A stretch of 58,196 nt of DNA, filler included, from Sphacelaria rigidula (taxonomy: Eukaryota), in the NCBI GenBank assembly GCA_964200075.2. It is 8 parts of 8 records of this genome, joined end to end, with 100 filler letters (N's around TTAATTAATTAA, not from the genome) between each part and the next. Parts side by side here need not be neighbours in the genome. Positions count along the whole stretch, not along the records: positions 36,438 to 43,624 come from CAXNAA020016068.1; positions 43,725 to 50,910 come from CAXNAA020016069.1; 6 more parts are not named here. One strand, written 5' to 3'. Below, in pieces: positions 36,510 through 50,200 of this stretch (positions are counted from its first letter, which is position 1; the number at the start of each line of letters is the position of its first letter). The notes beneath the pieces are model-generated. The model worked only from the letters and a program-made list of their open reading frames with translations, did not search any database and was not told the origin of the DNA. The position numbers were made by a program, and so were the translations under genes.

Positions 36510-37296
36510 CCCCCCCCCCCCCCCCCCCCCCCCACTCATCTCCCTGTGAACTCATTTGTAGCTACTGTAGCTGGGTGAAATCTGGTTCATGCACGATTCA
36601 AGCAAAGTGTGCATATTCTTCGGGGCATATTATCTAGGGGGCTATTTCAAGTGCGACAATCAATCAATCGATCAATCAATCGATCAATATTCACATGCTG
36701 CAACTGTGTGCGAGTAACCAAGAAAAAAGTAAACGCCATTTTGCCTGTTCTTCTTGGCGTCTGTCTCGTTGAAGCTCGCACTCACTCACGCACGCACGCA
36801 CGCACTGCCTTCATGTCAGTATCTCAAGCGACCCTTGATCCATTCTACTGCAGTAGTGTCGGGAATTTCATTGTAGCGGTAGTGCTACTTTTTTGGATGT
36901 CGATGACAATCGACGGACTGCGAGAGTGAGAGCTGGTCGGATGCCCCTGCAAGCGAAGGTATCGATGGGCCGACGGAAAGGGTTGAATCCTCAGCCCTCG
37001 AGACTCCGGCCTCATCCCGCGTACAACAAAATACAACAAGTGACGGATAGTATAATAACAAGCTTTATTCCTCTTTCTTGCTCATCGAGCTGACCAACTA
37101 CGACATCACTGCGGGAAAAACGACGGCTACTGCCGGGCTCGAGTAGTGTCTATTTGAGCGACCGACTGTCGAGGCATGGAGTGAGTTGTTGCGTCGAGGC
37201 ACGCTGCAAGTTAATTCCAGCCACATATATGCAGCTTGGTACATAAATCCCCCCAAAAACGACGGCGAGTTCGCTGGTTGAAAAAAGCGCGCGCCC

Positions 37297-37670
37297 CTCA
37301 CGTTCCTCACGTTCCTCACGTTCCTCACGTTCCTCACGTTCCTCACGTTCCAAGGGTTGGGTACAGAAAATAATTCATCTGAGAATGACTTGCTTTTAGT
37401 GCAACTGATTCGTACCGTACGAATCAATCCTTAGGCTTCGTTTTTCAGCGTTGCTCCCCAGGTACGCAACCCCCCAGGCACGTGGAATAGCGCAAAAATT
37501 GCGTCGAGAGTTACCGGCGGTTAAGGTGTCCATCTCTGTCGAGCAATCAGGTCTCCGGAGTCGTAGATGTGGTGATCCGAACCAGCGACGATTCGTCCGA
37601 CCCTCGTCACATATCTCACGTTCCTCACGTTCCTCATGTTCCTCACGTCACTCACGTTACTCGCGTCCCT
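37297..37670. repeat. Repeat element with 9-bp CACGTTCCT tandem arrays; inverted homologue at 36130-36337
   Basis: CACGTTCCT arrays at 37297-37351 and 37616-37660. 37427-37500 is the reverse complement of 36265-36337 in another contig. Confidence 0.7.
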
Positions 37671-39025
37671 CAAACCGCGACTACCCCGACACAAGATACA
37701 CGAAGGGTTTTCAACATACTCATGAAAGGCTGCTGCTGCTGCTGCCAGGAATTAACCTGATACCGCTTCTTTCGCTAGTTAGCTTGCGTGCGTCCCACGG
37801 TACATCCGTGTACCTAGACCCAACGAAAATATTGGGACGCGAACGTAGCCCCCCCCGTATGCGACCCTGATACCCGTGGGAGTCTGGTACTACAGCGTTT
37901 TCAAATACTCCTCCTGTCCTCAATGTTTACGTAGGGTGTATGGAGGTGCTGGCGATGCGTTAAGTCAATATGTCACCTGAGGTTGATGCTTGGTTCGACG
38001 CACCCAAAAAGCACAAAGTCGCCCGCCCTTCTTGCGTGCAGCTCTCTACCCTTCCTCCCCCTCCCCCCCTCTCCCTTCCCCTCTCTCAGAATGTCAAAGT
38101 TTTTTTTGCTTCTCCAATATTTCTCTTTTCTTGTTTGTTTCAGTATGTAGCCCTTTTTCACCTGAACGGCTCGTCAATTGATATATTCCGTGGTGTCTTT
38201 TTGTAGTCTACAGGGGGCGCGCCACCAGCTGAGATCCGCTTATTTTGCACGAGGCTCGTGGCTTATTTCCTCTTCATGGGGCAACCAACAGCGACTTGAT
38301 TGATTGATTGTATCACAGTAGTAATTGATCCCCTCAGTGATCCAGCCGTGGTCATATGATGGACGTACAGGAGATAAGAACAATATGGGAACACTCACTG
38401 AAGCAAGGTGAAGGAAACAGAAGGTAGGACAGTAGACTGAGAAAAGAGAAGAAGGAAGAAAAAAGGAAGAAATAACAAAACAGAATAGATAAAAACAAAA
38501 CAGAGCAAAACAAAGCAAAGACAAGACAAGAAAACTGAAAATGGCCGGCCTCTGCACACATGGCTTCGGTGGGAAAAGTCTTGCGCAACAAACAAACTCG
38601 TGCCCAATCGTAATACACAAAAAGCCGTGGGAATACGTTGCGGCTGATCTATTTTGACCTCACTGTTTTGGGAATGAAGCTGTCATCCATGCACCCCACG
38701 GAGGCGAGGTACCGCACTACTGCAGTAGTTGCTGGAGGAAATATTGCACAAATAGAGAAAGAGAGAGAGAGAGAGAGGGAGAGAGGGAGATGGGGAAAGC
38801 GACTGCGTAGGGTATGGTGCAGGGGTTTTGACGGGCGTCACAATTTGTGCACAAGTTGTCACATTTTAATTTTCTTGAGGCTTGAGTTTTTTTTTAGCAC
38901 CATTTTATTTAGTGTTGACGCCACCCGTACTATACGTCGTATTTATGCATGTATTTGTTCGTTCCTTCGTCCATTTCCTGTTGTCCTCCTTGTTCAATTT
39001 TCTGACGATCATCTCATCACATCAG

Positions 39026-39099
39026 GTGGAACTGAAGAATCTCAACTCCTTCAGGGCGATCCAGGAAGCAGTTGACTTCGAGATCGTCCGACAGGCAAA
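39026..39099 (+). CDS. gatB: Glu/Asp-tRNA amidotransferase subunit B (organellar GatB/PET112), internal exon
   Basis: VELKNLNSFRAIQEAVDFEIVRQAK matches the GatB signature (VEIKNLNSF...AI.YE..RQ). CATCAG acceptor, GT donor, phase 2. Confidence 0.93.
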
Positions 39100-41216
39100 G
39101 TGTGTTGTGTTTTTCTCCTTCTCCTTCTTCTTTTCCTCCGTCCTGTTTTTTTTTTCTTCCTCAGCTGCGTTTGTTTTATTTGCGTGCGTTCGTGTGTTGG
39201 AATATGACATAACAAACACGAGCGCCTGCCCTCATATTTTATTATTAATCATAGTTTTGTGTTTCCGTGGAACCTGTTCATGATACGCGTTATGTCTGCC
39301 TTGACGTGCAGCGCACGCACAATGATTTCTAGGCGTGACTTATGGGGTACCGGCTAACATGCCTCCTCGTGTACGGTGCACCGAAACTGTTTCCGGCTAT
39401 ACTTTTGGAATTCAGTCTATCACACCGAGGGCAATCTATTACATTGAAACAATGTGTACTGCGTACATTATCGAAGCTATTGCCTGTTGCAAATTTAAAA
39501 TTGATTCGATACTGTATACAAAACAATTTTGTTGTCATGGCTATCTCACGTCCAGGGCGTGAGATTTGTTCGCTTGATGGTCCTCTTGTGGATGATGGCA
39601 ATGACCACACGGATACTTTCACCGCGTCTTGCTTTGCCAACACATAGACATGTTTTATTGCGTCTTATATGCGGTTGGGGGGATGGGGGGTCTGATTGGT
39701 CCGATCGCACTACGGCTTGTGACTCCACACTCCATGGTGATGGAGAATGGATTTTTTCCGTTTTTTTTTTTTTTTTTTTGCCACTGTCGAGGATAGTGTT
39801 TCATCTTAACATCCTTTTTTTTACTTTTCCTTCAAATTGGCTTTTGTTGCTTTNNNNNNNNNNTGGTCCTGTCGCGTTGTTTTCCACCACGATTTGTTTT
39901 TTTTTTTTTGGGGGTGGGGGGGGGGGGGGGGTGTGGGTTTTTTTTTTTTTTTTTTTTAGCCACCGCAGCGGGTGGGACTTGCTCATGACAGCCATTTTTT
40001 TCACTGCGCTTCAAGTGTGTATTGGTGTGTTTGTGTTTCGTACTCGTGTCTTTGCTCTGTCCTTGTTCTCTCACCCGAGTGTCCTCTATTTGTTTTACGA
40101 GTGTTTTACATGTATCTATTATACCTCACGTGCTCGTGTATATCTTGTTGTGCCATCTCTCAATATAATCTATTCTCCAGGGTGTGAAAAACTTGTTTTT
40201 AGTGTAATTGGTTCGTACCTTACAAATTAATCAGCCTTTGGGCTTTGCTTTCAGTGTTGCACTACACTACCCAGGCACGAATGATCCACCGAGGCATGTA
40301 TGTGGAACAACGCAAAAGTATGCGTTGATTTTTGTTTTTCACCCGCGATCATTTTTTTTTCATCTTTCTCTTTGGATCAACTGGGCCTCAAAAATCGTAG
40401 ATTTGGTGATTCGTCCGACCCTTTCAAACAATTAGAACGACCGACCAAATCGATCGAGAATTCATTGAAAAAAAATTGACGCAGAGCAATCAATCAACCA
40501 AATCGATATGTTGGAGCGTATAGTACGAGACATGCCACGCACAAAACAAACCCGAATATTTGTGAAATGGCGAGACCCCTAGAAGTTGAGGAGGAGACTG
40601 ACCGCACTATAGTGGGACCAAAACACTGTAACAAGGCCACCGCACTATAATGGGACCAACGTACTATAGTGACACCACTGCACTATAATGAAACCAAACG
40701 CGAAATGCTCGCTGAAGAGTGAAGTGGCGGGGGGGAAAACGAGGTAAAGAAGGAAAAAAAAGGAGTATACTAGGGAAGCAAGAACCAGAGAAAGAAACCA
40801 AAAACCAAAACCAAGCAGGAAAGGAGAGGGAAGAAAAGGAACAGAGAAAAAACAGAAATATGTATACCAACAAAATGAAAACGAAATGAGCCCAGAAATG
40901 GCCGGTCCCTGCAGGATGGCTCCAGCTGAAAAAAGGCCGTGCACAACAAGAGCGCTCGTCCATACACAGGAGCAGTAAAAACTTGAGCCGCGACATGCAT
41001 GTAGTCCATGTATTGTCTAGAAATACACTACAAAAACAATGAACGCCTGGCTCATCTCATTTGTAAAAAATAGCGGTGAAGCACGTGCAGTCAGTCTGGT
41101 TGTTGATTTCTGTGTTGTTTCGTTTCCCGCCTCTTTTGCTTTGCTTCTCCTCCACATTTTCTTTTTTTCCCTCCTGCTTCTTTTCCCCCCACCCCGTTTT
41201 TTCGCTCGTTGGGGAG

Positions 41217-41305
41217 GTGTTACGACACGGGAGAAGCAATCCGTCAGGAGACGCGTCTGTGGGACGAGAAGAAAAGAGCAACGAAAATCATGCGCGTAAA
41301 GGAAG
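41217..41305 (+). CDS. gatB: GatB, next exon
   Basis: Phase-2 continuation CYDTGEAIRQETRLWDEKKRATKIMRVKE (GatB QETRLWD...MR.KE motif). Polypyrimidine tract + AG acceptor, AAG/GTACG donor. Confidence 0.93.
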
Positions 41306-43724
41306 GTACGGAACGAAACGGTATACGAAACACGCGGAGCGGTACGATGCGCTATTGCCCGGTTCTGGATGTGGACTAGCCCTCGCTCGGGGTAATAGAG
41401 GGGGGGCGGGAAGGCAGGAGGGGGTGGGGTGTTTGTCGTACTCTAGTGGTCACTACTAAGTAGAACCAAATAATGTCTCGCCGTTGTACAACGGACTTCG
41501 CAACAGAATGATCGAGGACAGGTCAATTGGTATAATATTGAAAAAAAATGTTGTTGTTGTTGTTGTTGTCTCACATTGAAAACCGTTCCGATATCTGTGC
41601 TATGTCTTCTACCCTTTACATTGGCCATCTGAAGCGAACGCCTTCCGTGGTCACAGGTAACGAACTTACGACACTTTCTACGATAGCCCCCCCCCCCCAA
41701 AAGTGCATGGTTTTGGGAGGCAAAATCTTCACGTAAATCGAAATGGGAAAACGAGCACAACGAGCAGCTGGGAATTCTCACGACTGGGTTCGTTCTAGCC
41801 AGTATTGCCAATATGAGGCGCTTCATGCAGCCTGTACCCAGGCATCAGGCGCTGTATGCTCATTTTTTTCGTGACACGTTTGGCTGGTTTTGGGGGGGGC
41901 TATCGTAGAAAGTGTCTCACCAAAATACGGTGTCCAAGGAAATCTCCGAAAAAATGGAGTAGGGCCCAGAAAAAGACAACGCACGCGGGATGCAATGAAG
42001 TAAGAGATAATGCTAGCCATCAGATGCCGCAGACGGCCGTTCGGGCTGAAGGAGATAGAGTCCATCGCTCCCACTCAATACACGAAGTCAAGCAAAATAG
42101 AAACCGAGATCAAGAAGCATAGGTCGCCAATCTTGAAAATACAACTTCCCATTTATCTACTTTGTACCTCAACCATGGTGACCAGTAATTCCCAGGACCG
42201 AACGATGTCGCGCTGTTCTTCAACAAACTTTGGTGAAAAACAATAGGAGAAAGTCAAGTCGGCATCAACTGAAAAAATACAATTTATTCACTGACCGAAA
42301 AGTCGAAATTAATCTGTCGACTGAGTCCCACTCTCATCGGAAACGGTTGAGTAATAATTTCCTCATGGTTTGTTTCTTCAAGACGGCCTGTGAGTGATAG
42401 CTGCGACACCACCCCCTCAAACGAAATGTACTTCATAATTTTTCATCTTTTATTTTGTTGAAACGATTTTGTTTCTCAGCCCGGAGAAGACCATAGATGT
42501 CCTGTTGGGAGGGGCACATCCAAAGAACCCCAACACAATCAGAGCTGAACCTGAGGAACTCTCTGCCTCCCATGAACCAGATGTGCACAGCTGAAGCCAC
42601 GCGGTAGCTACTCACCAGCTGAGCACGTCGTGCGCGAACTTGCTCAAATCCGCTCAGAATTTGATGAGAAACGATCGTTTGTGTGAAACGCGCACAACAG
42701 CACACGCACACCAAGTAGATAGCACCCGCACGTTTTCGTTCGTAATTTGACTCTCACGCGGCCGCCTTCCCTCCAACACAGAACGGATCTCCCGTCAAAC
42801 GAACAAACACCATGTGTAAATGAGCAAGGGCCAGAGCACTGGAGCCAATGCGCGTGAGTTGTGGGTGCCTGCGCGTTTTTGTCCGGAGCTCGGGGCGTGA
42901 GGGTGTTGAATTGCCTCGCTGCGTCTCGTCTGTATAGTAAGTACAGAGATGTTGGGCCGACGACCACTCCCAGCACCGCCGCACGTTTGAACCTGTGTGC
43001 AGGTCTGCGCTTCGATCTGAACAGAAGTTGTGATCGGTACGGCTAAAAACAGGTCGATGTGGAGACCGTTTTTTTTTTTTCTAGATTTTTCTATGGAAAC
43101 GATTACTTATGACTGTTTCCGATGAAAGAATGGGCCTGAAGGGTGCGAACTGTCCGTTTCTCCCAAGTCGTTAAGACTCGTGGAGCAGGATACTGTGTAG
43201 CTGACACACCACATTGCATGGCTGACAATGAACGTAGACAAGTAGAACCAACGAAAATGAGGGAAACATCGGGAAATCTAGTCGATCTTCATGAATGAGT
43301 CGGGTCCCCCCCCCCCCTCCCTCCACGATCATGGTGCGACACCCATGAGGCAGTGTAGAACCCGTTGCTGTCTCTGGGATTGGCGATGCCAGAAAAGTAA
43401 GTAGCTCATTATAGGCTGCCATCCATATGCAACATGTTTAGTATACTGCAGGCTGAACTATCTCAGCAGGGTGCAGCTCACGCTTCATGCCACTCGCCCA
43501 ATAGATCACGGCGCTTCGCGCTTGGTGATTGACTGCGAGCTTGGTCCGGCGAAAACCCGGCGTGCTCCGTCCCGGCTTTGTAGGGATACGAGGTCGATGG
43601 CCACAGGGCTATGGCATGCAAAATNNNNNNNNNNNNNNNNNNNNNNNNNNNNNNNNNNNNNNNNNNNNTTAATTAATTAANNNNNNNNNNNNNNNNNNNN
43701 NNNNNNNNNNNNNNNNNNNNNNNN

Positions 43725-43857
43725 GGGGGGGAGTCGTTTTCGGGATGGGTGGGAGGGGAACAAGGGCTCGTTCGCAGAATAGCTGTAAAGCTCACGAAGC
43801 CAGCCAAGTATGTTCGAACGAGTCGAGCAGATAATTTCATGTCACCAGAAACGCTCG
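43725..43857. repeat. Left arm of inverted repeat pair; right arm 50138-50274
   Basis: AACAAGGGCTCGTTCGCAGAATAGC...CACCAGAAACGCTCG is an exact reverse complement over ~100 bp. Confidence 0.9.
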
Positions 43858-44044
43858 AGACGGGCGGTGACCATTCTGATCAATCACAGCTATCAAAATG
43901 GTGACACTGTTCTCCAGGTGGAGCGCAGGTACGGCGCCTCTCTTCGAATGGTAGTAGAATCGAAGAAGTCGGACGGATTTTGTTTTCTTATATCGGATAA
44001 GTCAGCACAGATTGTCATTTGTGTCCCCGTCATTCCATGTTTAT

Positions 44045-44247
44045 CCCTCAGATCTCGAGAGTAGTCCATCTGAACTATGTGTACTTTTTTCAAGTTAAAT
44101 TGATGCCGGTTCAACAGCTATAGCCTATGCTGGTGATGATCAAAGGTTCAACACTTGAACGGCGAGGGGAGATCATGAGTATAATCGGCATCAATTTCAC
44201 TAGGAAAAGGTATGCATGATCCATGAACTACTCTCGCAATCTAAGGG
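44045..44247. mobile_element. piggyBac-like MITE related to 5362-5447
   Basis: TIRs CCCTCAGATCTCGAGAGTAGT / ACTACTCTCGCAATCTAAGGG. Internal AAATTGATGCCG motif is shared with 5403-5414. TSD is degenerate. Confidence 0.65.
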
Positions 44248-47200
44248 CGTGCCTTGGCATTCTTTTTTATATAAAAAAAGTGCAGTCGATTTTTTTTCGA
44301 TCTGATAGGTCCACCGCATTTCTCTTCTTAAAAGGCTTCAAACCAAAATAAGAATTAGTGGCGCGCGGAGGGAACATAGAAAAGGCGAACAATAAGCTTT
44401 TCGATAAAAAAGAATGTAGTCGGAAGGTACGAAAAGGTACTTGACCCCTATCTTCTTGACCACCACGCCAGATAACACCAGTTTACTGAAGCGTGCGAAC
44501 TCCATAACTCATCATCGGCCACCACTGCAACCCTGCAGCAAAGAGCACCAGTGAGCACAGGGATAGATACACTGCAGTGGTTAGGTATACCTTGTTTCTT
44601 TCTGTTGGTGAAAACTTGAGCATCTTCTCCCCTGGTAGGGATCAGCGATGGAACGGCGTGGTATGGTGGGCAACCGGATTGCGTCGCGCTCATGGACAGT
44701 GCAGACCGTACCAAGCTGCACGTTGTATAGATCGTTCTCACGTCGCATGGTGAGCAGATATTACACATTGTCCTGCGCTGTCTGTACTGCATGTTGCCCG
44801 CTTATTCCTCAGGTGTTCCTACTGTACGCAACACACACGCACACACCCAGACACATTGCATACAAACAGTGCAGAAAGTACAGACTGTTTGTACTGTACA
44901 CAACGGACCAACTACCGTTTCACGAATTTCACCGCCTTTCTTCGATCGAACGCTTGAAACTTCGCTTGGACCCAACTCGACAAAAGCAAGCGAATTTCAA
45001 TCATATCCCTTCCACCGCTCCATTGTTCGATCGAAACAAATTGTGTTAAGACACGCCCTCAGGGTTGGAGCGATTCATCTGGTAAAAACTTTTTATTCCA
45101 CACCACTTTTTCGAGGGGTAATACATAAAAGGGGTACACCATGGTGCTTTTGGAATTGGGAATGTGACGCGTTTTTCGGTATGGGGTGCGGCGCTGCACG
45201 CAGGCTGAACACCTCGAAAAACGTTCCGGTACCTCAGCCCCACGCACAAGGTGTCTGGGCAGGACGCCCGACCATTTTTTCAATTCTCACACATCGTACT
45301 ACAGTACGCGTCAGCACTTGAGAATTGGGCAGTCGAGGATTCGATGCAGAAACTTCCGGTATTACAACGACTTACAGGGAAGTATTTGTGTTTAACTCTA
45401 TCAGGGAAAAAGAACTGTAATCATTTGTGCTGAACTCGATGAGAAATTGAATTTGAGCGTTTGTGTTAAAATTGGAGAGAGAATGGGACGCGGGCCTTCG
45501 CCAAGATAGGAGTTTCTCGAGTGCTAACGCGTACTGTAGGCTAAACTACGACGCGAAAAAGCACAGTCCATGAGAGTACTCTTGTGAACAAACCAGGAGG
45601 GTACACCCTGCACTCTGCTATAAGGTTTCCTTGCCCTTTTTTGTTCACGTGTGGACCCTTTTAATGCTCGAGTGCATACCCTTCTTTATCCATTTGATCC
45701 CTTTTTTTTTACCGTACCCCCGGCTCCGCAGAAGATACGCCAAAGGATCCCAACCATGGCCATTTTTTGTCAATTACACCCCGCCAAAGGGCCAAACACA
45801 ACGAACGAGCTCCCTGCTGGATGGCCCGCAGACCCCGAAGATTCGACGATGAATCCAGGACGCGACGTTTTGTGTGCTGGAGCTCACAAACATCCAACGA
45901 GCATGTATCATGCCGCTCGGGCCTGTGTTGGTCGGCTTTTGTTTCACTAGATGGAGCATCAGCTGCAGCTGAGTAGTACACGGACTACTGGAAAAGATGC
46001 ACGTGCAATTGAGACGATGAGGCATGCGTATAAGATCAAAACATGCTCAACGCGTGCCAGCCTTGCCCCGGCACCCCGACTGTTTTATACCGATGCACGT
46101 ATTCAGCCGCTGATGGGAAAAGGTTCGCATCATCTTTGTACGTCGTAGTCGCAGCAGCACAGACAGTAAAACGAGGGGGGATGCAGTTCAGAAGAAGTGA
46201 CGTGCGTGAATAATCAACATACGCTCAAGGTATGGCAGCGGTGCACTGACAGTACCAGGACTGCTGCGAAAGCATGGACGATAGCACAGGATGTATGTTG
46301 GTTGCATATTTCGAGTCAGGGGCGAACGTCGGCGTGCGCCGCTCGTAAACCATAAGAAGCATGTGCCCACGAAAACTGAAAACTGCTCAGCGACGAGATA
46401 CATTGTAACTCTGCATGTACTCTACCACGAGCTCAAAACGGGTCAGGGGTTTTCCGTGAGTACCTCCTATGCATATTTGCCCAACATCCATTTGTTTTTA
46501 GAATGACTTCGTTCAGTGAAGAAAAAGCTTTTCGATCTCTAAATGTCGCGTGGTCTGTCTGGGTTCCCCTGAGGGGGATCGTAGTCAAAGGTTATGGGCT
46601 CATATCGTCACTTGGTTGAATCGCTCTTTGAAGAACTGCCTTCGAAATGTTTCGACTCCAAATAACGCTGAGTCTAACCCTAACCACAGGCATACCGTAA
46701 ACCCTCGGGCAAGGGGAGTGCAACGGGTGCTCTAGCAAAGTGTTAGTTGGCCGACTTGGACAGAAACTCGATCTGCTTACGTCACGGTAGGAGCACGTGG
46801 GACGATCGACCCCACTGAAGATCCGAAGGTCAGTATACAAACTAAAATCACATAATGATATATCGTGAAATTTTTCACAAGTCGAACAGATCATGATTTG
46901 TCTGAAACAACTGGTACAAGAAGACACTTCAACCCATTGGTCCAAAAACACAGAATACGTAGCCGCATAGTAACAAAAGCCAAGGCGCAACCATTGCGCT
47001 ACTCGTCGTGGTCGGCGTCCGGCGCTGTAAGGAGCAAACATGGAGAAGGGGGGGCAACTGATGCGGATCATGATTTGGATCAATAAACGAAGAATAAGGA
47101 AATTCAGATGGATCGTGATCTGTCAGACGTGGAAAGTTTTATCCGATCAAGTGAGTGGTGTGATATGTCACACCCTAAACAAACAAACAGCAGAAAAAAG

Positions 47201-50200
47201 GTGTACTTTGTAGAGAATCCAATTTAATTGCTAATGCGAAGTATCTACCAAAGGTAGCTACTGAGCATTATCCGGTATCGTGTACCCTGCACCTGTGCCG
47301 TCCAATGCGAAATTGAAGCTATTCCGAAGAACCAAGCGTATTTCAGTGACAGCACCGCCACCACGTTATCTGTGTCCGATATCTTGGTAAATATGCGCCC
47401 AAATTCAAATCAAGACAAAAACGCATGTGACAACGTGTCAAACGCACACCATCAGGTATCAGAGTGTTTCAACTTGCCGAACAAACGTACGTGCAGTAGG
47501 CTCGGGGATGGTACCGTAGGAAGGGGGGGGGGTGATGGAGTTCACCTCCTTGGGCTCCGGCCTCACGAACGACCTAAAGGGCGTCTTGCTGGCTGATCGT
47601 TAGTGCATAAAACGGCACACGTAATCATATCCAATCACGCCTATTCAGAAGTCTCAAGAGAGCGCATTCATTCAAGCATACCTCACTAGTCACGTCAGTA
47701 CCGTCATCAGTAGTGTAGAGGCGGTACTTCGAAAGGATGGACGTTCAAACACAGCGCACTTGGCGTCTGATGACACTGAAACTTGACGTATTCATAGGTT
47801 GAGGCCGCAGGTGGCTTTGCCTCAGCAGTATCAGCAGCCCAAGGCTGTTTGTACGTGCGTGGGTTGAAAGGATAACTATCCACCATGCTGCCTCTACGCT
47901 TGGAAGCGTTTTCGCTTTTGAACGAGAAATATTAAGGGCACGATGTCGATGCGGACGCAGCGACCAGCCTAGTTGTTCAGGTTGGGTCACGTGTCGGTTG
48001 ACGCTACGCTCGCTGAAACACAGATAACAACCACCAGTCAGGCTTCGTCATATCGTTGAGGCTTCTGGCCCCAAATTTTATACCCCATCTCGGGCAAGAT
48101 GTGACCGTACGGCCGAGTCAAAGAGAACAATGCCTTATGGCAAGGACCATCGTGAAGCCGTTCTGGAGGGGGACAGCATCCTTTTACAGACAGTACCAGG
48201 GATTGCGTGGGCAACATCACGACAGACTGACCACTACGGGGGCGGTTGCTCATATCTTCTAGTCCGGAGAATCAGAATCAAGCTGCGAAGTTTCCTGGGC
48301 GGGCCCCCACGTGGATATCTTGAGCCTTTCCGACATGCACCTTATGGGGCGTTTTGTGGAGTTTTTCCCATTTGATTCGCTCTCGAAGTGGGATCGAGAG
48401 CACTAGTCAATTTTCATTGATTAATAGCAGGAATTCCAGCCCTGCCCAAGTGTGGTTCACATCGTACAGTCAGTCCAGCCCCGCCGGCTCGAAGTAGACA
48501 GTGTCAATTTCGCCAAATTCCGGGTGGGATGACGAATTTCTCGGATATCGAGCGCTTTCTCCGTACATCGTAAGATGCATTTCTTGCTATCCGAGCGCGG
48601 CAGCCACCGGTCTTCTCTGCAGCTCCAGCTTTCCGTGCTGATGTGGACACCTCATTTCCGAGGACGCGTGTCCCTCTCATCTCGAGACATTTCATGCTGT
48701 AAAAATGACCGCTTTCATGGAACCTGCACACTAGAGAAAAAAAACAATCCCTGAAAGATCTCATTGTGAAGAAACAGCAGTGTACAGTACAAAGAGAGGT
48801 GGCAAGGCGCTGCGCAGCACAGCATCACACCACACCAAAGCGCACCATACAGTATCCATACGCCCATCTGAAACTATTCCTTCACCGACAGACGTATCTC
48901 CCAGCTTGAAGTCAGGGCAACAACGACGTGTCTTGGGGGCTGATGGCCAAAAACGAGCCTACGGTGCAGCACACTAAAGTGTATGTGCGGCAGATGTATC
49001 ATCAGAAGCCAGGGGCATACTATCCTTGTGGCCAACAGTTGCTAGCGGCTTTTGCTCTCAATCACCTTGCTACCAGCGGCATGAGTGACAGCCTCTGTCA
49101 TTGCTGAGCGTTGCAGTCGTCGCACACGCTCGGTTCATGTGATCTCTCAGCTGCTTGTCAGTATTGGTACATTGATTTTTGGTTGTGTCTACGGAGGGGT
49201 AGCCCGGGGTTTCCGCAGTTTGTCTTCATCTGAAAATCAAAAGGTGCTGTCAATAGCCCATCGAATTTCGAAATGTTTTGTGAATGAACATCAAGTGAGA
49301 TATACCCCGGAAAGCACCCAAACCTCGACACAACATCCGTGTCTTGTGTGCGCACTCTGGATAATGACAATAGATAACATTTTCGAAACGTGTACTGCGT
49401 ACAGTAGGGAATCTATTTTCTATCGCAGTAGACGCAACAATCGATTCGGTACGCAGCACACGGTTTGACTGATTATCTTTCGTGTAGAGTATGCTTGTTT
49501 GCCTCTCTGTGTTGATACTTGATCGTTATATGGGGCATGTTCTCCCCGAGGCACGCTGTTGCCGTATAAACTAGAAATAAACTGCCCGTTTGTGGTCACT
49601 GGCCGATATATTGCTCCACCCTCTGCTCACGGGCTTGGTTTAGCACCACCGCGAGATTGAAAAAACACGAGATCAACTCTACCTTCATGTATTACCAACA
49701 CGGCATGGGGAGCAAAGGACTGGGTGGGTGTTGACACCTTCATCGCCCACGAAGCACTGACTGGCAGTGTTGCATTCACCGTTCGCTTGTTGGTACGCTA
49801 GTAAGCTTTCACCGCCGGTGTGTTTTCCAACGACCACTCCTCAATGCCTTCTTCATGTAGGTACCACCCTACCGCGGCACCACGGTAATGCACGGTAAAA
49901 TCTTGATGGTAACTCGTACGCAAGCTTAGCCTACTGAGCAAAGGCAGTCTCTCGCAGCCAAAAGAAGAAAGACGACAAACTGAATCCAGAGCTACACCCA
50001 GGAATATGAGGCATTTGTTCAGTGACCAGAAACCGTGAAAACCATGGCCATTCTCTTTCAGACAGAAGACTGACGTGCTCACCTCCAGTCGCGTGTGTCT
50101 CGTGTGGTGAGTATTATTGTGGATTCATGCTTCAGTACGAGCGTTTCTGGTGACATGAAATTATCTGCTCGACTCGTTCGAACATACTTGGCTGGCTTCG

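Noticed and set aside
41306-43624. Next GatB exon (DYRYFPEPD motif)
   Set aside because: Not found by eye; probably beyond the contig end, so not evidence of a pseudogene.
48504-48764. Weak TPR-like peptide (EKALDIRE) in a - strand frame
   Set aside because: Too short, and the rest of the repeat consensus is absent.
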